NCBI GenBank assembly: GCA_011109175.1
Contig: RDEW01000002.1
Location: 996,676-1,060,675 of the forward strand
Reading direction: 5' to 3'
DNA from: Dicyema japonicum
Taxonomy: Eukaryota; Animalia; Dicyemida
Length of the DNA stretch: 64,000 bases
Shown here: one piece after another, positions 37,131-53,934 of the stretch
How positions within the stretch are numbered: the first letter of the stretch is position 1
Layout of the letters: each line of letters opens with the position of its first letter
Program-made: the position numbers and the translations under genes
Notes under the pieces: model-generated
What the model was told of the DNA's origin: nothing
Database searches by the model: none
What the model saw: the letters and a program-made list of their open reading frames with translations, nothing else

Positions 37131-38741
37131 GTGTCGTCACCACCTCAACCAAGTACTCTCAGTCTTTGGAATAATTTTAATTTAATTCACCCAACACTTA
37201 TTATACTTTATTCTCTCCTTGGAATGTCTCAGAATCTGTTGTATCGTGAGATATTGTAATAAGCCTTGAGCCTGTGGTACTTGGACGATTGTTTTACAGA
37301 TAGCCAACCAAACAATGATGTGAAGAATGTAAGAAGACTTATAGTAATTGGGTGTCTTATTACAGATGGTAGAATCAGGAAATCTCTAAAAACGATATTT
37401 GCATGTCTGAATTCCAAAAACTGAACCACATTCTTTGAGAGGCATCTTGTTTCCTGAGAATAAATATATCAACCCTCTTTACCGTTTCACTAGCAAACGC
37501 CCCATGAATGCTCAATTAGGGGACCAAGCAACCATATCCGTCAATTTTTGGTGACATAGAACTCCATTCAGATTTCATTTCTATCATGGCGTTGACCAAA
37601 ATGTTTTTATATTTCTCACAGAATCAGAGACCAACAATACTCGAAAGATTTGCCACTGGAACAAAAAAAACTTTTACAAAATCCTGTGCCAAGAAAAATT
37701 TGAATGAATCTAAAATGCTCGAATCAGCATATTCCCCATTAGAACAAAGGAGAGCAATGCATTTACCAATTATCTCCTTATTGGAATTATAGGATTCTAT
37801 TCAATACGTAAGCGTGTTAGGTGGACACGAACTTCCTACGGTAGGGAAACATCAGAAGACTCCCAGAAGCTTGTTTACCATTGCTTTTGATGACATTAGT
37901 GAAAACCCAATCGTTTTAAGACTGAGTTATTTCAATCTCCCGATGGTTCGAAAAATGCAACTTTGTCACCCACTGTATGATTCTCTCGTTTTTATGGAAA
38001 GTCAAAGGCAGTGGACCTGATGGTCCTGCTTTTTACATTTGTCAAGGAATTGTAGACTGAGCATCATGAAGTGGTCATTTGGGAATAGGTTCGAACTTAT
38101 GTCTTGTATTTACTAAATATATTCATCTTTAGAATCTATTTTTGATTGAAAAAATTTAACTCCATTTGACAGGAAAATGGTTGGTTACTTAGTTACCCCT
38201 ATTTCACTAACATGTAGGAGGCCGTCTGAGAATGTTAGAGGGTTCCACAAGTTTATTAGAGTTCATTTATTATTTGGACAAAACTACAAGGTTATTAAAT
38301 AAAGTGTGGTAGCACTCCATAGGATAGTAAGGAGAGGGATCTTTTTTGGATGCGGGCCATTGACTGAATGTCTCCTGAGTTAAGTGGATCCGATGACGTC
38401 GATTGGAGAATTGATGAAGGTAAAGAGTAGAAAGGAATACTTCAGCCAAATAAGTAGCAGTGATACAGGTCATTAGTTAGTTTAGTAACCCAGGCCTCAC
38501 TAACTTGTAGGAGTCCAGCTGCTATTAAATAAGACGCCGAAATGCCGGTCCCTTCCGTTGGTCAACTTTGCAGTTGTTAATCAATAGGAATTGAGGACAT
38601 CTTACGAATCATCCACTTTTGCAGCAGGACATTAATAATTTGTAACGATGAGACATGTCATAAATATTTTAACAAAACATTTTTGACAAAGTTATTAAAT
38701 AAAATGTAATTTAATAAAATAAATCCAAAGTTTTAAAATAA

Positions 38742-40586
38742 TTATTTATCCTGAATTTGAAGTTTGCCAAGAGTATTCTAGTACATTATACACAACAACC
38801 TTAATATTTTTATGTAAGGTTTGCAAAAAGTATTCGCTAGAGCTTGAATCAAATCCTAGTAGAAGTCGCCGTAACCACCTCGGTTTTAACAGACCGGTAA
38901 ATATAGTTAAGGATTTTCTTGATCTAGCAATCTCACCACAGAACAGAACCTCTTCCATATTGAAGTCCTCAGATTTGGTCTTTGGTTTGTTTTCCAACTC
39001 AACATTAATGGTTTGGAGGTTTTTATTCTTAGTGATAAGTCTGGAGGAAGCCGATTGGTGAAGATTAGAGATCACTAAAATATTCAAAATTTAAACGATG
39101 AAGCCGAGTTTCGATAAATTTGATTTTCGTCGACAAGGCGTCCATAAAAGTGGATAAATCCTTAGAAAAGGCTTCCACCGTTTTTCGTTGCGATTTCACG
39201 GAATTCTGAAATTATTCAGAAAATGACCCGGTAAGCGGTAATGAGAGGCTGTTTTTTATCAGAACAAAACTGCAGCTGAACGGACCTCCTATGAAGTCAC
39301 AAACTATGAAACGTCTCAATCTGCTTTTTGGGGACCTTCTCAGATCCCATTTGGCCGATTAGGAGATCAATCTTCGCTTCAATGTCCATCAAAGCCAATT
39401 TTGTCTCCGAATGGCACTTTCTAAAGTCCACAACAATAGACTGAATATCTGCAATCTCATACGACCACAACCTTGCGGTGGACTTTCACATTTGTCCTTA
39501 GTGGGTTCCTGAAAAACTTTTTCTTCACTTTTCTGATCGACAAAAACCCTCAAAATCCGCCAAAATATCTGTGACCGATGCTGACTGTTCTTGTCTCGTC
39601 TAAAATACGGAATAAATGCGAACAGCGGACATTGTTGGTTGACCTTTACTGTTTGGACCAAAAATGGACTTTCCCAGTGAGGCCATCCTCACCCGCAAGG
39701 TCTGAGATAAGAATAAATCAACCTCCTTGTTAGAACTAGGAGGACAGTCCGCATTATTGGAAGGGTCACTGACATCAATCTAACGTCACAATATCCCATA
39801 CTAAATGTAAATCAAGGGCCATTATATCCGTGGGTTTAGAGATCCCTGGTAAGGGAGGGAGACGTCGACTGTCGAAAATGATGAGTTTTTTATCAGCGCA
39901 GAGCATAGAAAGGACGTATTTTATCAGAAACTATAGGTTAACCCACAATTACGTGGTCAAATTGATTTTCTGTGGGTTGGCTTATTTCTATGGTCTCATC
40001 TTTGGAGAGACACTAGAATTAGTCATTCCTTACAGTCTTCATCCCCACGGCGTCACATCTTAGTAGAGAATAGCTGACTCTAACGGAATCCCCGATTTCT
40101 GGGGACCGAAAAGCCGTTTGAGCTCGTCGGTAGCACTTCCCCATGTGCCACGAGTCAACGGGAGTCCGGGCATAGAAAACACACAGAAAAATCAAAATTT
40201 AATAAAAAGTAAATCACCTGTCTGAACGAGTCCACAAAATTGTTAAAATCAGAGAATTTGACAATCCACTGGTCCTCGGCGTCATCGAGGTAGCTTATAT
40301 CGTTTTCCTCACAAATCTCGGTTTTTCATTAAAAGTACAAAAAATTCAAAGTCCGAGTGAATGCTGGCGACTGAAATGTGTTGGTTTTTGTTCATATATA
40401 TCAAAATGCGGCACTGCCATAAATGTCACATCTCTACTTTCTGTCTGTGCTGATCCCCCAAGACCGCAAAAGACAGGGACTTTGGTTGTTCGCGGATATT
40501 TCCTTTGCTTTGGTAAAATAATGTGATTACCACTTTATTGCCAATATTTTTGTGGCAAAGAATAATTTAGAGGCCGCAGCTGCCAT
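38742..40586 (-). CDS. FKBP15: FKBP15 (WAFL)-like protein, many micro-introns; absent from the ORF track; ends approximate
   Basis: Spliced SFAVLG...CRILIYMNKNQHISVASIHSDFEFF...YLDDAEDQWIVKF matches the FKBP15 N-terminal domain. PEIGDSVRVSY marks an FKBP start. SIVVDFRKCHSETKLALMDIEAKIDLL matches the FKBP15 coiled-coil start. All comparisons are from memory of the human sequence. Confidence 0.75.
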
Positions 40587-42502
40587 TCCTAAGAATTATA
40601 AAAATTTCAGTTAAAATGTAAGTTTTAAAAGTTAGGTTGTGTTTACACAAAATAATTAATTTAAATTTAAAATATTTAATTGTTTAAATTTAATTGTTAA
40701 TTTATTTTTATTCAAATTATAATTATTAGTTGAATTTAATTTAAATATAATTATTAGTTGAATTTAAAAATTTGGGGAGATTTTATCATTTAATGGTAAT
40801 AATGATATTTTTCTTAGTAATGAACTCCAAATGGGGAAAATTAGTGTGACAACCCTTAATTTTTTAATTTGTAATAGAAAATTTAGAAGGAGTACCTGGA
40901 AGTTAAATCAAAATGAAAAAATTAGAATATGTAAGGAAATAGTCAGATCTGTATAATATGCATTTATTTGCCAGAAGTATGGCATCTCTAAGAAAAGTCC
41001 GACTGAAAAGGGAAGAAATCTTATGTGAAGGCCTCTATATTTCAATTTGGGTTAATGGGTACCAATTAAATACGGAAGTTAATGAAGTTTTTCGTTCTCT
41101 GAGATGGAAAGGTTTCCCGATCAACATTAATGAAGTCATAAAAAACGTAACGTGCTTTCACAATGCACCTTAATATAGTCAAACAAGAAACTCCTGAAAA
41201 TGTTATTAAAAAATTTAAATTTGATATTGTGCATTCATTAAGAAAAAAAGAGCAAAATTACATGAAAATGACAGATTTCTTTATCAACAAACATATTTTA
41301 ATTAAGCTTTTTAAAATACCCTCATTTTTTGGGAAATCCTCAAAATTGGGGAGTTTTGCCCCATTTCGAGGTCGGATTGTAAATTATATTTCTTTATAAA
41401 GAGTAATGATCCCCTTTTAGGTCGATCTGCTTCACCATATGACATCATCGCTGACCACTAGGAGAATTGATCGCTAAACGAGACAAGAAGCTTCCTATCG
41501 CATGACTGGTCATCGGATAGAAATTGGAAGCTACGTCCCTCGTCCGTTTGAGATTCGAGATTAGATGGAACACTGTCCTATGCTTAAGAAGGAATTTTGA
41601 CATATCACTTTCCTGCAAAAAGTTAAAAGGAGTCTTCGATGTTTCGAACCGCATTGCCTATTTTATTTTCAAATTCAGTTGGACATCTCTTTGTTATCCA
41701 AGGAATATCTACTTTTATATAGAATTTTCTCTCTAGAATTATCTTTACGATAGAAAAAACGAGAATATCGGCTATAAAGTTTGTTTTCTGGATGGGTCCC
41801 ACGTGAAGTCAAATGAGGGTCAGGATGAATCATTTAAACCAGCGAAAGCAACTGAAAAGAAGAGCATAGCGGTCCTTCTAATAAAGGGCAGTGATCTGCC
41901 TATCCGGCTTACTGAGGTTGAATGATTGAACAGGGACCAATCAGGCTATTCCGATTTTTTTAGTAGCATCCTTTTTTCAATGCTTATCTTGAAATCCAAC
42001 ATACTCCCCTGCTAATATACTGTGGTACAGAGGATGTTATTTATTAACCCCAGGCTTACAATTTTTGGTAAGCCCAGCACAAACAGTCACAACTAATTAA
42101 TCCATAAAAGGAGCCAAGGGATCATGTTTGCTTGCGCCAGTCAACTGCGTCCTTTATTAAAGTTGTTCGTCGTTTGAATATGTTTGTGATCTCCCAACAG
42201 TAGATCTTTATGGAAACATAATCGAAAGGGTGTTGAATGTCGATCGAACAAGTTAAGGTTTTCAGGAGGTTAGGCTTTAATCGGAGACTATAAACTTGGC
42301 AATGTTCGAAGAATTCCTGTTGATGGACAAGTTATATGTTTTTGTTAAAGTCTGAGAGGGAAGGGACTAAAATTCTAAAAATAATTTTTTGTTTTGATGG
42401 TATTATCCACCTCTGTTAAAGTGATAGTTGAAAAGAGAGGGGAAAGTTTTCTAATTTCTTGAGAAATGGGAAGTATTTTTTATTGAATTCATATATTTTA
42501 TT

Positions 42503-42715
42503 GTGGTGCAGTGTAACGAGTACGAGCAAAAGGCCTTATGGTCCCAAGTTAGAATCTCACTGCTGTAAATTCTGACTGAAGGTTCCACCCATCCACGATG
42601 CTTTAGCTTGACGAGTAACGCTGTCATCAGTGAACATATCACAGCGGAATCGGGTCGTCTACAAAAGGAGTCAAATCTAACAAAATTCAAGAGCATTCCT
42701 TGGTTCTCCCTAATC
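42503..42715 (+). mobile_element. tRNA-derived SINE (subfamily B), 3' truncated
   Basis: GTGGTGCAGTGTAACGAG head, AGTTAGAATCTC B-box, central GAAGGTTCCAC...GTAACGCTGTCATCAGTG...GCGGAATCGGGTCGTCTA. Confidence 0.8.
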
Positions 42716-42719
42716 GAGT

Positions 42720-43190
42720 TGAAAAGTTGGGGAAAACAAATTTATTTTTAAAAGATATTGGTGATCCATACTCCCGGATAACATTTGGATATGGGTTACT
42801 TCGAATAGCATTTGCCAGTGCAGCGATGTGTGAAGATGCCAATATTAGATCTGGTGATGTTGTACTGTCATTAAGTCTATTGGGTGTTCTTATATTTGTC
42901 AGGGGATTATTAAGGATTACAAGGTTATTCATATTTGCTAATATAACGTTTCCTCTGTTGTCGGCCATTTGATTTTTCGACCAGGCCGGATGCTTTGGAT
43001 TTAGATTTCCACAGACCAAAGACTACGTGAAATTTTTGGATGAATGCCGGTAAAAGAAAGCATGCTCACAATCGTGATGCCTCCAATGTTCGTAGGAACT
43101 AAGATTCCAAGCCATTCCACATAGATGGAAGATTATCGCACCTATGGGTCGTCGTATAATAGATTTTTTGATAATAGTAATCCATTTTCA
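42720..43190 (-). mobile_element. LINE AP-endonuclease remnant (jockey/I-like)
   Basis: VCGNLNPKHPAW...NRGNVI...SPDLILAS. Confidence 0.65.
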
Positions 43191-43253
43191 CGACTGGTAA
43201 ATCACTCCCGTGCTAGAGAATAACCAAATATAAGTAAAAACGAATAAACAATA

Positions 43254-44183
43254 TCACACAAGTAGAATAGCATTAATACATCCATCATTCTCAGGATGAT
43301 TAGTAACCTGCGCATATTTACCTAAAATAAACGCAAAGACAACCCCAAACAACTTTCCCTGACTGAGTTACCAAACCCAACTCTGACACATTTACCTCTA
43401 TTATTGTCCCCTTTGTAATAACCCCCAGTTGGGTGTATGTCGATGAATTTGGATTTTTCTTCACTCCTATTATCGGCAGACAAAATGTTGTCTTCAACTC
43501 TGGGTGGGTCACGTGGGCCTTCTTGTATCGCAAAGCCATCGGTCTGATGAATCTCTCGTATTTCGGTGGTTTTCTGGTAAAATCCTCCGGAACGAAACAA
43601 GCTTTAGTAACCATTCGCTTCCATGATTTTTCTGGTGATAATAACAAACAACTTTTTCGTTTTCCGGTTCTGATCACTCGAAAAGCCTCAGAGTCCCCGA
43701 CTGTGGCCACCTTGGGTAGAGGGACGCTCCACTTTCCCTGTGAAAATAAAAACAAGGTGGTTACAGCTTTCTCCTTCCTTTTCTGCTTAACCAGGTCTGA
43801 TAGGGCCTTCGATGTTGTCTGATTGCCTCTATCCAGCAAATAAGTAGGGATTGCGCCTTCCTCAGTGTTGGGGGCTGATTTCTTCTTGGATAGTTTTTCT
43901 TGGTGTTTTTTAATACTGAATGGTTAAAAACAAGGCCCACGTTTTCTGAAGTTGAATTTTCTCAAGTCGTCTCTTTCTGTTGTACAATTTGGCCTTTATT
44001 CCACGCAGTCTTTTGGCCTTATTGGCATTTGTGTGGGCGAGACGAGCAATTTTCTTACGTCTTAAGTTATACTTTAACATTACTTTCGCTCATCATAGTC
44101 AAGTTGTTTACCATGTCGTTTTTGGAATAATTCTATATAATTGTTTTGTCCCTATTAATAATCAGTCTTAAAATCAAAACCAT
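43254..44183 (-). CDS. NSA2: Ribosome biogenesis protein NSA2, 260 aa, 6 micro-introns
   Basis: Introns of 29, 23, 25, 27, 21 and 22 nt leave 783 nt: [15 protein letters not shown]...[25 protein letters not shown]...[22 protein letters not shown]. Confidence 0.97.
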
Positions 44184-44759
44184 TCACAAGGAAAAAAATA
44201 TGCACGGGTTTGAATTATTTTAAATTTATTTAAATTTATATTTTTATTTAAATATTATTTTGTTAAATATATTTTTAATCATATGATGGTCACTTAATAC
44301 CACATCTCATTTTAGCGCATTGGGCCTTATGTGTTTTGAATGAGAACAATTCTCTCAGCGATCTAATCTCCTTGGAAAATGTACTTTAACGTGTCGGGAT
44401 CGCGTGATTAGTTAGTTTGGTTTTATTTGTCTTTGTAATATTTAATTACATTTTTGTACTGTTATTTTATTAAATATTGCTCTTTTGAGGATCAATTTGA
44501 CTTAGCCAAGCGTCTCCTAATGACCATTGGTTAACTCCGTTGAAAAAATTGGAGGCATGAAGGTTCACATTCGAAACCAAGGTCTGCGATGTAGTATTTT
44601 CAATTTATTAGGGAGTTTAACGACCACAAAAAAGATTTGATATAGTTATTGATGCTTACATGTTCCAGCAGGACCCTCAGTTCAGTTTGGTGTTCTTCCA
44701 TGATACCACACAGACTCGTAATGGGTACATAAAAGCCGTTATACGAATTATTGCATCGA

Positions 44760-45030
44760 GAATTAAAAACATAACTTTAAGTATATTTAATCAACAATCT
44801 GTTATATCTGCTCATATTGACCGTCCCTCTCCTGTTCAGTGCCAGGTTCCGCAGACTACTAATGTTTTCCCGTCCCTTAGTGTTGAGATTGCACAAATGT
44901 CGCATAAGCGTTTGAGTGATTCCTCCTGGTTTTCTATCCTTACCTTCAACACCAGGGGCCTCAATGACTGGTCGGAGGCACCAACTATGTCTGGACCGTG
45001 AGAAGTACCGATGTTCAGTCTCCAAGAGAG
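44760..45030 (-). mobile_element. RTE-like 3' end remnant
   Basis: RKPGGITQTL...SLRNLALNR, resembling the RTE terminal GRP.TL...L..LA.NR motif. Confidence 0.5.
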
Positions 45031-46057
45031 GAAGGTCAGAGAAGACTGACGATCGCTTTGGAAACTACGTATTGACCATTCTCTGGTAATAAAAGTATAT
45101 TTAGTAGCTGTTTAAATTTTTAATCCATAATGAACTCAATCGTCTATGCCATTGATGTCGCATCCGAAACCTCCAGGATTCTAGGACCCAATTCACTTGC
45201 AATCCTATATACCATTGGATCGCTGATAGCAAAAAAGGAAAAGAGGGATTAGTTGATTGCGATCACATTTCTCTGAAATCGCAAGAGGTAATCAATCACA
45301 AAGACTATAAATTTAAATTAATTTTCCAGTAAATGTCATTAAAACAAGTTCAATCATTTTATTATTAGTTTGATTTGATTAATGTTGATTGATGACGCAT
45401 AATAGTATCAATTAACCTGTCCTAATCTATACAGTAACATAACAACCTAACAATGAGGAACCATTTCCCAGATTTGAGCACTTTCCAATTGATGCTCCAA
45501 ATTGCCATGTCTTCGAAGATTAAGTCGACGTCAGTTGTATAAATCACTTCATCTTGATAGGTATAGTGTTGTTAGTTCTCTCAGCTCTTCCAAATATATT
45601 GCGAACAGCAGAGGGAGAGAGTCTTTTTGAGGTGTACCCGTGTTTGTCCTAAACTTTCTTGAGTAGGTCTTTCCGACTCTCACAAAGAGCCCATTATTGA
45701 AGAGTAACATTCCAATCATTCCGAGACTTGACCTATCGAGTATATGCCGTTCACAAATAAATTGGATTATTATTAGAGAACCGCAAGACCACCAAGAAAG
45801 ATGTTAAGAAAAACTAATTAAATGATCCCAGCTTCCAATAGTAGCCAAACTCTCCCTACGTGGCCTTCAAGTGTCCCAACGAGATATAAATGTGATCAAT
45901 ATTAATGAAAAATATTTTTATTATTTTTATTAATAAATAAAATTTGATCAATTTGAGTGAAAAAATTAATATATATTTTATGCAAATTGTAGCGATCAAA
46001 GCAAATTCCGTTTATAGCTTATTTTATTTAAGACTTATTCCTCGTTAATATAAAGCT

Positions 46058-48055
46058 ATGGCTGAGAAGGCTAAGGTCAAATTTGAGAAAAATATTATCT
46101 TTTACACTGCTTGTGCGGAAAATGATGTCAATGAAGTAAAGAAACAAATAATGAGTGGAGTCGATGTAAACTACCAAAACCCAGAGGGGCTCACGGTCTT
46201 ACATATTGTACGATGACTTTAATTTTAATTCACTCATAGGCTTGTATTCAAGGAAAGATCGAATTATGTGCTTTCCTCATTAAAAATGGGGCAAATATCG
46301 ACTCAAAAGACAACGAGGGTTGGACTCCTCTGCATGCTGCTGCCTCTATGAATAATTTTGAGCACGTCAAGTTTGCTATTTGACTCCACAAGTGTAGGTT
46401 TTTGGTAAACAAGGGTGCCTCGTTGTCCATCATAAACTACGACCTTAAATTCCCATTTGAGTTGACCACAGACCAGGAAATTATTGACTTTCTCGAGGAT
46501 AAAATGATGGATGCTGGTTAGTCCCACGTGTCACTCACTAAAAGGAGTAAATAAAGATTTGGTCAAAAATAATGAACACTTTTTGATGATGCAACATGCT
46601 CATTATGACTCATTCTACGATTTTGTTGACCCCCAAACAGGAGTTTCCGCCTTACACGTGGCTGCAGCAAAAAATTATATCGACGTTTTGAAGTTTACTT
46701 CCATTAATCACCGTAGAATCATTTTGGAGAGAAAAGTCAACGTAAATCAGACAGATTTCGACGACTGGACGCCCCTTCACGCTGCGGCTTACTTCGGGAG
46801 TCAAGAGGCTTGTGAACTGCTCATTAAAGCAGGAGCCAGTACAAGTGCCCTCACTAAATTAGTATAATCTCATCCAACTGTAGGGACAAACACCGGGTGA
46901 TTTGGCAACATCACGGCTGAGGTATTTTATCAACGTATTATCTTTTTAATTCAATTAGGCGCTATCAAACCAGATTTCTCGCACGGATAGGTTTGCTATT
47001 ATATTATTGCAGAATGGGGGACTGTAATTTGGATGACTCAACTAGTGATTTGGTAAAAGGTAATTGACTTTTCCTTACAGATGTTATGTCGATAAAGAAG
47101 GAGTCAGAACCCTCCCTGTTAAAGGTTTGTACTTTAATATCACACCAGAATGAGCATATATCAGAAACTGAGCATACTTTGAAGGATTTTGAAAATATTA
47201 GTTTTGAAGAGATAGTCAAACCTGTAGGTATTGAAGAGTTGTTCAAATATAGAAGACCTAGCTGTGGATTCTGCCAAAAGTGGAAAGTTCTTTCAAAACT
47301 TGGAGGAATCCCAAGAGGAAAGAAGGCATTTTAACAAATAATCATTTTAGCGACGAAACCGCCAAGAGGGCTACCAAGCAGGGAGGAGTTGACTCTGAAG
47401 ATACTTCAAAATCACATGGTTAATTTCACGTGGCATTTTAGAACTATCAATCGCTGAAACAAAACCACAAAGCTCTGATACACCGTTAGATCAAAATTCG
47501 TATACTTCTAGCGAATCACCTAAGAAAAGAGGTATCCCTGTGTTTATTTTGGTAGTAAGAAAGGTTCCAAAGTTTCTTCACGCAGAGCAACTGGTAGAGT
47601 CGAATCGAAGGATATTGATACATTGGGTGGTTCAATTTCGATATTATCAGAAATCGTCAATAACGAGAACCAACCAGACATGCAAGAATGCTCAGATTTG
47701 TTATCAAAATAAAGTGTCGTAGCATACCCTTGAGTAACAACTCTATTCCTTACCGAATCAGAAATTGTGACAGAACTGAGGATAAGGATTCGGTATTTGA
47801 TATTTTGAATAATCAAGTTTTGTAGTAACTGCTTCAAAGTGTACGCAGATTTGATGCTAACAAGGATTGAAAATTCAAACTTCGTAGAAAAATTGATTGT
47901 ATAAATTTAAGAAATTTTATTATAATGAATTATGACACTTTCAGTAAGGTTGTCCTTCCCATAATATTTAGGAAGCTATTAAGAACATAAAAGATTCATT
48001 GGAGACTATTTGCCAATTGGAGGAAAACAAAGTAAGAAATGTCTACAAATCATAA
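46058..48055 (+). CDS. PPP1R12A: Ankyrin-repeat PP1 regulatory subunit, MYPT1/PPP1R12-like; 3' exons uncertain
   Basis: N-terminal KVKF (RVxF) motif, then ankyrin repeats (GLTVLHIAC, DNEGWTPLHAAA, TGVSALHVAAAKNY, DDWTPLHAAAYFG) split by 22-32 nt introns. A tentative RRATG and coiled-coil tail lie downstream. Confidence 0.75.
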
Positions 48056-48269
48056 ATATTTATTAAATTTTTATTAAATAAATTTATTTTTTAGTTTTTT
48101 AAAAAAATACCTGAACGTGTAGCTCAACCATATGGGACTAGTATACAATAGCACACAAACGTGCTTTACAGGTTTTAGATCTGATATTCAAGATATAAGA
48201 AAAACAGAAAAGTTTTCTGGAAGTTGTGCTAGTATCCCATATAATTTTTAAATTCTTTGGATATTCCAG

Positions 48270-48769
48270 AATTTTCACGTCACATCCTGATTCTTAAGAA
48301 AGAGGCACCGATTATTATAGTGAGAAATTTAAAGCCACCAAAGTTATGCAACGGTGCACTAAATTAGTTGTTAAATCATTGATACCTCACTTGATAGTAT
48401 CTACCATTTAACAGGGCAGGCAAAGGGAGAAGACATATTCGTATCGAAGATTCCTTTAGATAAGATGCTCTACAAGTTCAAGAGACTACATTCCTCACTA
48501 AGACTTAGTTTTGGAATGACCATCTTAAAACGCATAATAGAAACAGATTGTTTTTCACATGGGAAATTATATGTAGGGTGCTCTAGTCTAGGTTCAGGAG
48601 ATAATCCGTTTGCTAAAAATGAAAAGACTGCGAATATCGTATATCCTGAGGCACTAAGGTAAAAATTAGTAGAAAACTTAAATATAGTCATAAGCTGCAT
48701 CAATCTGTATGTTTGTTAGCTAGCTTTGAGTGAAGCGACTGCGCAGCGTAGGACCTTCCTACAATCTAG
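48270..48769 (+). mobile_element. Helitron 3' end (PIF1-like helicase C-terminus plus terminal hairpin)
   Basis: LKK.APII..RNLKPPKLCNG, FKRLHSSLRLSFGMTI, CFSHGKLYVGCS, KTANIVYPEAL. Hairpin GTAGGA-CCT-TCCTAC at 48748-48762, then CTAG at 48766-48769. Confidence 0.8.
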
Positions 48770-48942
48770 CAGGTTTGAACGAAGTGAACCGTGTTATTAT
48801 TTTAAATTATGTCCCGATGCGGCTTTTCTAATTTAAGAAGGAAGTTTATAATATCCCCGATGCCTTGACTCCATTAATTATCATAACTGTTCTTCCCTGA
48901 AAAATAAAATGTGTGCCCTGTAGAGGTTTAAGTGGTGGACTC

Positions 48943-49553
48943 ATGACTACTTCTGAGAGAATGGTAATTATGTTTAAATTAGTTAATATTTCCAAGGATA
49001 CACTAATGAATAACAGAGTGAACCCAATAGACTGGACACTCAATTCTACAGTAAAATATAATATGAATCAACAACGTCTTTCATATTCTAGTTATAGTCA
49101 TCCAACAATACCAACATCTTCTAACCCTAGTTTGTCGAAGATAACACGTGAAGGACAATATGCAGACTTTGAAATTAGAACAGACCAATCAGACAATACA
49201 GGACCACAGAAATGGCATAGTAGGAAACTAACTGATAGAGAGATTTACGCCAGAATTAGAGGTATTATTGGTTTATTCCTCTAGCAAACAGAGAAATAGT
49301 GTCAGACGATGAAAGAATGAAATATCCTTACATTTCAAATAACACAGTTGCTGAAATGCATGCAATGTACGACATGGGCTACATAGCTCCACGAAAATGG
49401 CCTCATTGGACGACTTTTGAGGCAAATAGAAATCCTGTTGGAGAAAATTTAACTCTTAAACCCAAAAATTCACGAAATATGAGTGTTAGTCCACAAAATG
49501 TGGATATTAGGCAAACCAGGAACAATTTTATTGACAGACAATCTGATTTGTAG
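48943..49553 (+). CDS. Hypothetical protein, about 195 aa, one 23-nt intron; start uncertain
   Basis: ORFs 48913-49284 and 49299-49553 join in frame via GT-AG intron 49262-49284, giving 588 nt. Confidence 0.55.
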
Positions 49554-50062
49554 TTAAAATATAAATTTAAGTTCACCACATTCTAAAGAATCACAACAAA
49601 CCCCTGTTTCGGAATAACAGGAGTCAATGGTGACAAATCTAATTTCGTCCCCCTTAATACACACTAACAAACATTAAAGTTGAGTAATAACACTTTTGCA
49701 TATTGTAATTCGAGTCCACCTTCATTTAATACACTCGAGACTTTTATCTTGGTAGTTTTCCGTGGTTATTATTTATTTAATAACCATATGCCGGAAGAGG
49801 TTGAGAGTTGATTAACGTTTAATTAGAGTATATCCAGTTCTCACATCTTGTGGGAAACGCAACATGTTCATTCATCTAAATCATTGAAGGAACCATTAAG
49901 AGACGGACCCTTTTTGATGCCGTCCAGTGATTGGGAGTTTCGTGAGTTTGTATTTTTCAATAATAAAGATTATTTACCAGAGTAATGTATAAACATGATT
50001 TTTATTGGAGACAACACCACACATGTTACTACATGAATTTTTAATGGATAATTATCAAGATT

Positions 50063-50372
50063 GCCGGGTGGCGCAGTGTCATAAGTGATGGGCAAATGTT
50101 TGATGACTTCTGGTTTGAATGTTGCTGCTGTATATTCCGACTGAAGGTTCCACACATATACGATGCTTTGGATTGACAAGTGACGCCGTGAACATTTCAC
50201 TGTGGAACCGGATCGTCTATAAAGGACTCACATAAAACATAAAACAAAAAAAAAAAGATGTGAATAACATCACATGGTCCTTTCTTTCTATGATTAGTTA
50301 TCATAACTGTTCTTTACTTAAATAAAGTGTATATCCTGCCTGGGTGGAGCAATAGGTAATATGGCTCTCGCC
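50063..50372 (+). mobile_element. tRNA-derived SINE (subfamily B-like)
   Basis: GCCGGGTGGCGCAGTG head, central domain, and 3' TAATATGGCTCTCG tail. Confidence 0.85.
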
Positions 50373-50678
50373 TAAAGTACGACTTTTATCAAGATTGAAA
50401 AGATACTTTATTAATATTTAATAACCCCGAGAAGGGAACACCAAGAAAGAAGGAGTAAACCAACTAACTAACTAATCCCGGTACACCTCAAAAGGATCGA
50501 GAGGTTTTTTCTTGTGTTCCTCCAAAGCACCCACAAGAAACTTTGAAACTCGGAAAATTAAAATAAATAATTGTTTTCTAGTTTTTTCGTTTTTAATAAT
50601 AAATATAGTCAATAATAAATTTTAAAATAAATTTAAAAAAATTCGTTTTTATTTTGGTGGGTATTTTTCTTAGTAATA

Positions 50679-53646
<2,968 letters not shown>

Positions 53647-53934
53647 ATTTTTCTTTATTTTATGATTTTGTAATTTTATTGTTTTGTTATTCATTGTTAA
53701 TAGGACTTGACAAAATTATAAGACAGACGATCTCTCCAGTTTCCCATCTCATGAATACGATAACTTATCATTCGTTACTGCCAAGAAATCAGCAGTTCTC
53801 TTACCCCAAAGGACTCTGGATTCCTTATGTCCGAACCATTAACTTATTATTAATCCATAACTTGTTGCTAACTCTATAAAATCAAATGGTCCCGACGGTC
53901 TTAATTTGAACGCTTCCGTGATTTACTCACCATG

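Noticed and set aside
37380-38050. Coding-like region between ATRX and FKBP15
   Set aside because: No consistent spliced frame or recognisable motif on either strand.
40950-41170. Possible pogo/Tigger CENP-B-type helix-turn-helix remnant
   Set aside because: Resemblance too weak and fragmented to support a feature.
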